Assembly (NCBI GenBank): GCA_015233675.1
Contig: JADFXH010000002.1
Span: 142,794 to 206,793 of the forward strand
Length of the DNA stretch: 64,000 bases
Direction of reading: 5' to 3'
Source of the DNA: Candidatus Omnitrophota bacterium
GTDB taxonomy: Bacteria > Omnitrophota > Gorgyraeia > Zapsychrales > Fredricksoniimonadaceae
In this document: one piece after another, positions 17,045 to 27,100 of the stretch
Layout: every line of letters begins with the position of its first letter
Position numbering within the stretch: the stretch's first letter is position 1
Program-made: the position numbers and the translations under genes
Notes under the pieces: model-generated
The model's database searches: none
Told to the model about the DNA's origin: nothing
The model's input: only the letters and a program-made list of their open reading frames with translations

Positions 17045-20000
17045 ATGTATTTTAAACGTTTGGAAATATTCGGGTTCAAGTCCTTTGCCCAGAAGACCGT
17101 GCTTGAGTTTCAGCCGGGCATTTCTGCCATCGTCGGCCCCAATGGCTGCGGCAAAAGCAATGTTTTTGATGCTATCCGCTGGGTTTTAGGCGAGCAAAGC
17201 GTCAAGGAATTGCGCGGTTCATCCATGGAAGATGTTATCTTCAACGGTACCGACCAAAAAGCTCCTCTGGGCTTTGCGGAAGTAAGCCTTACTTTTTCTA
17301 ATGAATCGCGTGTTCTTCCCATCGACCATGATGAAGTCATTGTTACTCGCCGGCTTTTCCGTTCAGGTGAAAGCGAATATCTGATTAATAAGAATGTCTC
17401 GCGTTTAAAAGATATTGTTGAACTTTTTTTAGGCACCGGCGTGGGGGCTGAGGCTTATTCGCTCATCCAGCAGGGCAAGGTTGACCTGGTGGTTTCCGCC
17501 AAGCCGGACGACCGCCGTCAGATATTCGATGAAGCGGCCGGTATTACCAAATACAAGAGTAAAAAGAAAGAAGCTTTAAGCCGCCTTGAAGACACCCAAG
17601 ATAATTTGTTGCGTGTCAATGATATTGTCGTTGAAGTCAAACGCCAGATTGCTACCATTGAACGCCAGGCCAAAAAGGCACAGCGTTACAAGCAGGAATT
17701 TGAGGTCCTTAAGAATTATGAGTTGATTTTTGCCCGTCATCAGATGACCATTTTTGATCAGGAGAATGAGAATATCTCGTCAGTTGTAAGGCTACTGCAG
17801 ACTCAAGAACTTGAATTGACCGCACAATTAGAAGAATTGAACAACCGTATCGACAATGAAACTCTCCAATTGGAAGAAATTGATGAGCGCATCAATGAGT
17901 TTAAAGCTCAGGATATTCATTTAGAAAATGAAGCAGCTATGAATACGCGCCAGATTTCTTTTAACGAAGAGCGACAGCTGAATATGGATGAGACCTGCCA
18001 GCGCCTGCAAGAGGACAAGGCCGTGGCTTTGGGCCGCTGCGGTGTTCATCAGGCCAAGATCGAAGAGATCAAAGGCTCTCTGTCACACTTGGCTGAAAAT
18101 TTATCAGAGTTACAGGCCTGTGTGCAGCAGAAGCGCAATGATTTAAGCGTATTGATGCATGGTATAGAGCAAGCTCGTGCTTCTATCGGACAAGTTGAAA
18201 AAGAAATTTTGGGTCTCAACGGCCAGCAGGTGCGCTTCAAAAATCAATTGACTGAAAATATGAAACGCACGATGGAAGCCTTAGCTCGAAAGACACGTCT
18301 GGAACTTGAGAATTCCAAAGTCAATGATGAAAAGGTACAGGCTTATCAGCGATGTGAAGCGATCAACGGCTCCATGTCCCAAGTTCAGGCCCAATTGCAG
18401 GAACTTTCAGCCCATCGCGATACCCGACGGCAGGCTTTAGAAGAAAACAAATCCCGTTTTGCCCTTCAAGAGGCTTTGATCGATGATCTTGAGAAAAATC
18501 ATGTGTTTCTTATATCCCAGAAAGAATTTATTCAGAAAATGCACCTTCAGTATCAGGACATCCCTGATCCCGTTGTGGAAGGCCGCTTTATCGCTACCGT
18601 GCGTCCCAGTGAAAAACAAACAGGTATTATCGGTAAGATCAAGGATGTCAAGATTATTGCAGCCACAGACCAGTCTCCGGAATTATATGAAATTACCTAC
18701 GAGACCAAATACGTGGAATTAGACCTTCAGTATTTGGATGATCGGATCGCTGTTATCAACGTAAAATTAACTAAGGCTCTTGAAGTTAAATCCCAATTGG
18801 ATCAGTTGATTCAAGAGCAAGGCAATGTTGTTGAGGAAGTCCTTAAGAATATTCAAGAACAGGAAAAGAAATTTTCGGTTCTGGAAGCCCAAAAAAATGA
18901 TATTGAACTCGCTTCCGGGAAATTAGTGGGAGAACTGGATGTTATTACTTCTGAATTTGCCGAAGTTGAGTCTTTATTGTCTTCATTGAAAGGTCAGGAA
19001 ACCGAACTGTTGGGGAACTTGCAAGGCATCGGCAGTCAAATCACGCGTTGTCAGGAGGATATTGAATCTAAAGTTCAGGCCATTGCTGACAAGGATCAAG
19101 AACGTCAGGAGTTGAATATCTCTATTGCTCAATTGGATACCGAGCTGATTTCTTTATCTGATAAACGTCGTGGTTTTGAGGATAATTTGGCCTTGCACAC
19201 TCAAAATCTTGATCGTGACTTAATGGATATTAACCGTTTTGAATCAGAGACTCATGAATTAGAAGCTAAAAAAGTTAGAATTAGCGAGGAGATAATTCTT
19301 TTGCAGCAGTCAATCGAAGAGTTGCGCTGCAAAAGAGAGTCTTTGAGTGTTGTTTTAAATGAAGAGTCAGCCAAAAAAGAAGAAATGTCCCGACGGTTAA
19401 ATTCGTTGCGTAACGGGATCCGCGGCATTGAAGATGAGATTATCCGGATGAAGACGGATATGCACAATCAGCAGATGCGCCAGCAGGAAGTGCAATTCAA
19501 TCAGAGATCCCTTAAAGACCGTTTATTGCAGGCATATAAAATAGATTGGGACCAAATTCAAAATGAAACTTCAGCGCAATTATTAACGCAGACCAGGGGA
19601 CAAGTTCAAGTCATAATTACAGAGAATGTGTCCTCAAGTACATTGCCCGGTGAGCTAGTATTTGATGTGGAAGCATCTGAGGGAACAAGCCCATTGCCAA
19701 GCGAGATACCATCGAATGTGGAAGCAGCCCAGGGAACCCAACCAAACGCCGAGCAAGTTCCTTCTCCCCAAGTTAATTACGAAGAATTGATAGTAGAAAT
19801 TGAGAGGCTCAAAAAGCGTTGTGAATCCTATGGGGCAGTTAATTTGGTGGCTATCGAAGAATTTGAGGAACTTAAAGGCCGTTATGAATTTTTAACCAAG
19901 CAGCAAAGCGATCTATTAACGGCCCGTGAACAGCTTATGTCAACCATCCAGAAGATCAATCGCACGACCCGGCAGATGTTTACAGATACCTTTGTTAAGG

Positions 20001-20545
20001 TAAACGAAGAATTTAAGATTTATTTCCGAATGCTGTTCGGAGGAGGCGAAGCTCAATTGGTTCTGCTTGACCCTGACAATGCCCTGGAGTGCGGCATTGA
20101 TATCGTGGCAAGGCCTCCGGGGAAGAAATTGCAGAACATCAGCCTGCTTTCCGGCGGAGAAAAAACGTTGACCGCTATTGCCCTGATTTTTGGGGTGTTT
20201 AAAGTCAATCCCAGTCCTTTCTGCGTCTTAGACGAAATTGATGCTGCTCTGGATGAGTCAAATGTGGATCGTTTTGCGCAATTGCTCAAGGAGTTTGCCA
20301 AAATTGCTCAGTTTATCGTTATCACTCACAACAAAAACACCATGTCTGCCGCTGATATCATGTATGGGGTCACCATGCAGGAGAGGGGGGTGTCGCGCAT
20401 AGTGTCCGTCAAATTTAATGAGTATAAACCTCGACTATCTCAACCGCATCAAGCTCCTCCTTCAACGAATACTGCGTACGAAGAGAATCAGCCCTCTACG
20501 AAGTCGAAGCAATTGGGCCTTTTGGCCATCCCGGCCGCAGTTTAA
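17045..20545 (+). CDS. smc: Chromosome partition protein SMC
   Basis: FKSF...GPNGCGKSN Walker A, long coiled coils with a central hinge, LSGGEKTLTAIALIF signature and VLDEIDAALD Walker B. Confidence 0.95.
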   Translation: MYFKRLEIFGFKSFAQKTVLEFQPGISAIVGPNGCGKSNVFDAIRWVLGEQSVKELRGSSMEDVIFNGTDQKAPLGFAEVSLTFSNESRVLPIDHDEVIVTRRLFRSGESEYLINKNVSRLKDIVELFLGTGVGAEAYSLIQQGKVDLVVSAKPDDRRQIFDEAAGITKYKSKKKEALSRLEDTQDNLLRVNDIVVEVKRQIATIERQAKKAQRYKQEFEVLKNYELIFARHQMTIFDQENENISSVVRLLQTQELELTAQLEELNNRIDNETLQLEEIDERINEFKAQDIHLENEAAMNTRQISFNEERQLNMDETCQRLQEDKAVALGRCGVHQAKIEEIKGSLSHLAENLSELQACVQQKRNDLSVLMHGIEQARASIGQVEKEILGLNGQQVRFKNQLTENMKRTMEALARKTRLELENSKVNDEKVQAYQRCEAINGSMSQVQAQLQELSAHRDTRRQALEENKSRFALQEALIDDLEKNHVFLISQKEFIQKMHLQYQDIPDPVVEGRFIATVRPSEKQTGIIGKIKDVKIIAATDQSPELYEITYETKYVELDLQYLDDRIAVINVKLTKALEVKSQLDQLIQEQGNVVEEVLKNIQEQEKKFSVLEAQKNDIELASGKLVGELDVITSEFAEVESLLSSLKGQETELLGNLQGIGSQITRCQEDIESKVQAIADKDQERQELNISIAQLDTELISLSDKRRGFEDNLALHTQNLDRDLMDINRFESETHELEAKKVRISEEIILLQQSIEELRCKRESLSVVLNEESAKKEEMSRRLNSLRNGIRGIEDEIIRMKTDMHNQQMRQQEVQFNQRSLKDRLLQAYKIDWDQIQNETSAQLLTQTRGQVQVIITENVSSSTLPGELVFDVEASEGTSPLPSEIPSNVEAAQGTQPNAEQVPSPQVNYEELIVEIERLKKRCESYGAVNLVAIEEFEELKGRYEFLTKQQSDLLTAREQLMSTIQKINRTTRQMFTDTFVKVNEEFKIYFRMLFGGGEAQLVLLDPDNALECGIDIVARPPGKKLQNISLLSGGEKTLTAIALIFGVFKVNPSPFCVLDEIDAALDESNVDRFAQLLKEFAKIAQFIVITHNKNTMSAADIMYGVTMQERGVSRIVSVKFNEYKPRLSQPHQAPPSTNTAYEENQPSTKSKQLGLLAIPAAV

Positions 20546-20564
20546 AATATCTTTTGAAGGCCAA

Positions 20565-20602
20565 GTGTCATTGCGAGCCCTGTTTTTTAGGGCGTGGTAA
20601 TC
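20565..20602. repeat. Degenerate copy of the GTCATTGCGAG palindromic repeat just after the smc stop
   Basis: gtgtcattgcgag-ccctgttttttaggg-cgtggtaatc. The left terminus is identical to the copies at 5002 and 49428. The right arm is decayed. Confidence 0.6.
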
Positions 20603-20705
20603 TTTAACCAGAGAGATTAAATTAAGAAAAAATTAAATATTTTCTGGCACGTTATAACCATATGTATTTCAATATGTTATATATTTCTAATTTTGCCTGC
20701 TCAAT

Positions 20706-20733
20706 TTGACAACTTTCAAATATATGTTATCCT
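20706..20733 (+). promoter_or_regulatory. Candidate sigma70-type promoter (TTGACA-16 nt-TATCCT with TGn) for the giant ORF
   Basis: ttgaca actttcaaatatatgt tatcct. If used, the 50-bp repeat array lies in the 5' UTR. Confidence 0.3.
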
Positions 20734-20885
20734 TTCCAAGATACCGCTTTCCTGAAAAATAGAAAGCATATCGAGTCCTTATTCCTTGTCTAAATTTATT
20801 TACATTGAAGTTTTAATTGATATATTCCCCTCTTTATTACAAAGAGGGGTAAGGGGAGTTCAAATATAAAATTTTTATTAATTAA

Positions 20886-21135
20886 GGGCGTTGGCCCGAC
20901 CTAATCAATGGAAGTGTCAGTGGAATTATAGAGAAGGGCGTTGGCCCGACCTAGTCAATGGAAATGTCAGTGGAATTATAGAGAAGGGCGTTGGCCCGAC
21001 CTAATCAATGGAAGTGTCAGTGGAATTACAGAGAAGGGCGTTGGCCCGACCTAATCAATGGAAGTGTCAGTGGAATTACAGAGAAGGGCGTTGGCCCGAC
21101 CTAATCAATGGAAGTGTCAGTGGAATTATAGAGAA
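20886..21135. repeat. Five head-to-tail copies of a 50-bp unit (gggcgttggcccgacctaatcaatggaagtgtcagtggaattatagagaa) running into the RBS of the giant ORF
   Basis: Copies at 20886, 20936, 20986, 21036 and 21086. Copy 2 has 2 substitutions. Copies 3 and 4 share 1 (attaca). Copies 1 and 5 are identical. There are no spacers. Copy 5 is followed by ggagatttagcATG. Confidence 0.95.
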
Positions 21136-21146
21136 GGAGATTTAGC

Positions 21147-24100
21147 ATGTTTAAAAAGACTTTGAGTTTAATTGTTATTATTTGCTTTTTTTTAACTTCT
21201 TTAACACCTTTATCCAAGGCCCAAGCCGATTCTGTTTTAGGCTTACCGACACCCTGGACCATGGTTAATTTAAGCCCTGCGTATATGCCTGTCATGATTA
21301 AGGGCGTCAAGGTCCATACGGACAATCCACTTCTTTTTGATTTCATATTAGATACAGGCAAGTCAGGCCTCAAGATCGATTCTGCCGAATTTAAGACTGA
21401 ATCCCAAAAATTGATCAAATATTTTTTAGCCGCATTGACGATCAAGGAAGATGATCTTTGGGTCAACTTAAGTCCTTACGAGAAAGACCGCATGATCCCG
21501 CAAGAGCTAGGCCAAACAGAGATGGGCAGGGACATGCTGGCGCAGGATTACATCCTTAAACAATTGACCGCTTCTCTTATTTATCCTGAAAAAGAATTAG
21601 GAAAGAAATTTTGGGACAATGTATACACCAAAGCCCGGCAGATGTACGGGGCAACAAACATTCCGGTCAATACGTTTAATAAGGTATGGATTGTGGCTGA
21701 CAAAGCTAAAGTTTTGGAACGTAACAACACCGCTTATGTAGTAGGTTCTCATTTAAAAGTCATGCTGGAAGAAGATTATCTGGCATTGGAGAAATACCAG
21801 GGCCAATTAACCCAATTGCCAAGCGAGGCAGCTTTGAATGTGAAAGCATCCCAAGGAACAAACCGTTCGCCAAGCAACACATTAGCCAGCCAAATTGTCA
21901 AAGAAATCATCCTCCCTGAGCTGGAAAAAGAAGTCAACCAAGGCCAAAACTTTGCGACGTTGCGCCAGATGTTCTACTCCATGATTTTAGCTTCATGGTA
22001 CAAACTGGAGCTTAAAGAGTCGCTTCTCAACCAGGTGTATAGTAATAAAGGGAAGACCAGCGGTGTGTTATCTGATGATCCAGCTGTTAAGGAGAAGATC
22101 TATCAGCAATATTTGCAGGCCTACAAGAAGGGTGTGTTTAACTATATAAAGGAAGACCTGGACACGGTAAGCCAGCAACCTATGCCGCGCAAATATTTCT
22201 CAGGTGGGTTGGCAAAGAATTTAGGGATTAAAGATGCCATGGAAGTTGAGAGGGGGAGGCCAACTGCTGGTGATGACTTTTCGGTTGGCGGCGACATGGC
22301 CATGGCCACTGTACAGGTGGCGAAGTCCAAGGTGGAGAAGACGGCAGAAAGGTTCCTGAGCCCTACACTCAGCTTCCTCGAGGCGCGAAATATCATATCT
22401 AAATCTTTAGAGAAGATTGTTTCTGCTGGTAAAATGCCCGCTCAATTAGAAAATGAATTGCTCCAGTTTATTGCCCTGAAACCTGAATCACCGGAATTAA
22501 AGCAGTTTGTATTGGAAGTATTTGTTGATGCTTTCCATCAATATTATGGGTTTGAGCATAAGGGAAAAAATTTCCCAGAAGCGCAATTTGTCTATGGATT
22601 TGTTCACTCTTTAAATTCAGCGATTATTGGAATTGAGACCTTAGGGATGGCTCAGAGTGCTTGGGTTAGGTTAAAGAATAGTAAAAACAGGCGGACTAAT
22701 TACTATGTTCCATGGACAAGTGTATCTTCTGAGTTAGTTAGGACTACCATTAAAAGTTGTAAAAGGTTTCAAGTTCTTAAAGAACAATTTCGTCAATTCG
22801 CTGGCGAGTTACCAAAAGGAACACAAACATTTAGTTTTCGAAATTTTAGAATACCTAGAATGATAGAAGGTCATACGGATCCATTATTTCTTAGGGAAGC
22901 AGGTGAAGAATGGATAAAGCATTGGTTTATGCTTAATAAGCAGATGGGGGATAAAGAAGCAGAAGAGATGACTATGATCCTTCTTAATGGGGGGTCTATA
23001 GAGATTGTTGAAGAGGAGGGCAGTAGAAATACCGCTGCTGGTTTTAAATTAAACTTCAAAATTAAGATAGCCGACGCGGCGATGATGGTGAATGCAACAG
23101 ACGATACACAAAATATAACGATTAGGGGTGAAGGTGACCGGACATTAGGAACCTTTAAAGTAGCTGATTATAAAACAGCTTTGGCAACAGTTGAATCAAA
23201 TCTTGGGTCAACAAAAATAGTATCTATTTCGAAAACAGTAAAGATGGAGTTTTATCCGATAATGTTAGTTCTAGCCGATGATATTTCAGAGCCGATAAAA
23301 GAAATTATTAAAGTTTTATTCGGTGGGAAGGGGATGTCATTAACAACGGTTGATAAATATTTTGGCATTTATCATACAAATATACTTAACAGTCCATCAA
23401 ATTTAACCAAATTGGCTTTGGATATTCGGCGGCAGCTCGAAGAATATAAGGCAGATATTCCTAGCGCGGCGATGAAGGCAAGTGAAGCGGCGGCGGGGCA
23501 ATCTTCAGAGGAGGTATTAGTTTCGAAAAATTTCTTTATTGAATCGTGGAAGGGGGTAGAAACAAATAGATATCGCAGGGCCTATGATCTTATTTGGAGA
23601 GATACGGATTCTCCAAGAACGAGCCCGTTTGCAGGGAGAGTGTATATTGACAGATCCGGTGAGAATGCGTCAAAAATAAGCCTGGACTTAAATGGAGAAA
23701 ATTATGCAGCAGAGGTTTCCCGTAATATGCAGTTGATAAGCGGAGAAGATGCGTTGTATTTTTTACGGGATGCTGCGGTGGCGAAGAGAAGTCAGGTATT
23801 ATTAAATCCGAATGGACGACGTTTGGCTGAATTCATGAGAGATAAAATGGTTTACGGCAAGGCTCCTATCGTTTCTTTTTCGGCTCCTTTATCTATTGGC
23901 TCTGCGAGCTGGGGTATATTTAATGCAGGAGTAGGAATAGGATTTGATTGGATTGATATGGGTCGAGGCGCAAAAGAGCAGGTTTTTAATATGAAGGGAC
24001 AGGGGATAGGGGGGTATGAGAACCTCTGGACTCCGTCGGAAAGTGTGCAAGCAATCTCTTATGATCCGGTTGCGCAAACAGTGAAAGTCACGTTAAAAGG

Positions 24101-27100
24101 ATCTTACAGAGATAAATTTGTGATTGGCTCATTTAAAGAACGCGTTCCGAGGGCGGTGGAGTATGACGCGAAAAATCCTAAAGAAGGAAGGTTGGAAAGT
24201 TTTCTTGCTGAAATTTCAGAAATAACCAGTGGACATATCAAAATCGAAATCGCCGGAAACGATACGGTTTCTAAAATCGACGCGGCGATGAAGTCTGAAA
24301 ACGGTGCGGCGATTAATTTTCAAACACCTGAGGCTAAACAGCAGTATGAAGCGCGACAAAAGGTTTTAACTCAGATGGCGAAAAACCGTGAGTTTATGCC
24401 GATTTTGGGGTTTGCGGGCATCAAACTTTACAACGATGCGACAGGGTATAATGTCACCGTTGAAGAGGCCGCAACAAATTCTGACATCCAGTCGGATATC
24501 CAGGCATGGGCGCAAAAGGAATATGGCGCCAGAACCATTCCCATGATGATGGATTTGACGTATGAATTTGAAGCCGCTATCCTGTCCAACCTTTCCCTAG
24601 AGCAGAAAGATATTTTAAGGAAGTCCGGGAAGCTTCAGGTTATCAATGGTAAAGAGACGATAATTCCATTCCATGAGTTAACGAGGCCGCAGCTTGATTT
24701 GAAACTCGCTGAAGCCGGCATTGATTGGCATAATCTCAAGCCTTTTGATCCCAAGGCAGGACGGCTGAGTGTTCCCGCACAGACGATTGCAAATTTTAAA
24801 CAGAAAATGGAACTTGGCGCACCCAAGGTTGCTTTGGTTATTTCTCCTTTCACGTTGACAGGGTTTTTGATGGGAGATGAGAATGCTTCTTTGGGGGCTA
24901 TGGGGGATGAGGAATATCAGGAGCAGTTTAATACGGTCTTTGAATATTCAAAGAAATTTATTAAGGACTACATTCATTTTTTGATCAGAGAAGGAACTGC
25001 AGATGCGATTGTTTTCTTGGACCCGCGTCCGACCGTCATGCTCTCGCCTGAACAATTCGGAGAATATTCTGTCAAGGCGATCAATGAGCTTTCGGCGTAT
25101 GCTCATTCTCTGGGGGTTTTGACAGGCGCTCACCCTTGCCGCCCTATGAATAAGGAAGTTGCTCAAAGATATTTACCGCAAATGGCGAAATATAACGTGG
25201 ATATTCTGAGTGTAGACAATATATTTTCGCTACCGGATGTTTACGATTATATTCAACAGAATTCTCCTTATCAAACAAAGCCTGTTATTTTTGGCAATAT
25301 GGATTCTATTCAAACCTTGCCTCAAGGTACGCCACAGGAAGTGCAGAAAGAGGCCCGGGAGATCTTTCAGAATATGGGGCATCGTCCTTTTGTATTTTGT
25401 TCCAGCTGTGATATTGAAAGAATCACAGGGGAGAACATGAAATTCTTAGGGATTGCCGCCCATGAGGGAGCCAATACGAAGCCGCCTAGAATTATGACAG
25501 AGGAAGAAACCGAGGCTAGTGTAGATCATTTGGATCGCTTGATCGATGATCATATTAATAGGTTAATTAATCCGCATATTCCAAGCTCTAGTCCTCAGGT
25601 TTCTGTCGCGATCTGGGTAGACCGCCGTATTACGGACGCTGATGGTTTTTCCCTTGCCGAGACTTTTGGCAGGTCACCTACCTATTTAATCAATCCTGAG
25701 AGGCTTAATCGTGATAAATTCATGGACGATATCGCCCGGGCTATTCAATTAAACGATCCTGAAACCAACAAAGACTGGCAGGATTTGCGCGATCAGGTCT
25801 GGCTGGATGGAAAGCTTGAACTTGCCGTGCGTGATGTGCCGTGGATACAGGAAACGAATATTCATGTGACGGACATTTATAATTCTAATTCCCGTTTTGT
25901 GGTGGGACTGGGCAATGTCCGCGGTTCATTGTCTTATCAGGGTTTTTATGTTAACGGGTATTCTAATCCTGAATTGAAGAGCGCGCAGGCAATTTTAAAT
26001 AAACATGGTGTCAACATGTTCCCCATCCCTGTTCAGATGGGTGAAGATAATGTCCAAGATATCCCGCGGATGTTGAAAGCCATTTTGAAAGACGAGCAGA
26101 TTGTGCGCATTGCCCTGACACAGCCAGTCAAGGTAGCGGCTGTAGACACTGGGCTTTTTAAGGATTGGGACCCTGACACCCTTCCTACAGGCGCTGTTAA
26201 TACAGCGGCCATTGAAGGCAAAGGCTCTAAAAGGCATTTTGTGGGCCGCAGTACGGACGGTGAAGGGACTGTTGCTATGATCCAGGACGAGCTTGTCAAA
26301 CTTGACAAGCAGCTTGGAGGCTCCACGGTTGCGGTGTTGGGATTGGGAGGATTTGGCCGTGCGGCTGTCGGTAAAATGTTGACTGCCCCCAACCCTCCGG
26401 CCAAGATCCTTATTGCCGATATATGGGAAGTTAACGATACACAAAAATCGGTGGAGGCTATCATTGCTGCTTATCGTCAGAAGTACGGCAAAGACCCTCA
26501 GACAACATTTGAAGTCTTTAAAATTTCAGACGTTGATTCACAAGCAAGTGCGGCTGATCATCCTTTTAAAAATGCTGACGTGTTGATTGATGCAACAGGG
26601 GTGGGGATGAAGGATGAAAAGATGGCCTTGCAAAATTTGCAGTTCATACATCCGGGTATGCTTGTAACTCACGCGGCTTATCGTGATGGGGTCGGCAATT
26701 ATCGTGTTGCCCCGATATTGGAAGAAACCAAAAAAAGGGGCGCGGTTATCCGCACCGGAATAGCGGATTGGGTTGGGCATCAATGGCTTCAAGTGCTTGA
26801 GGACCTCAAGCGTCTGGAAGGGCTGACGCCCCAATCTCCTGACTGGAATGCTCCCCGATGGGAAGCTGTTGGCCGGGAACTTCGCGAGGCTGCCGAATCC
26901 TGGGCAAAAGAGAAAGGCTTCTCCGACGCGGCGATTGACCAAGCCATGAAGCATCAGAGCAGTATGGAAATTCTAGAGCAACGGGCTTTGGGTGGTATTG
27001 ATCTAAACGCTAAGAATATGGGGCTTGACGTAAGCAGGGATGGCAAAGGGATTGAAATGAAGTTTGATCCGGCCATGGTCGCGGAATTCCGGAAGGGGAA

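Noticed and set aside
20886-21135. A CRISPR array as the explanation for the regularly spaced 50-bp repeats
   Set aside because: The units are directly contiguous with no unique spacers. No cas genes are nearby. The array is fused to an RBS. It is a plain tandem repeat.
21101-21466. The 121-aa minus-strand ORF spanning the start of the giant gene and the last repeat
   Set aside because: It is antisense to the signal-peptide region of a strongly supported ORF and runs into the repeat array. It has no RBS.
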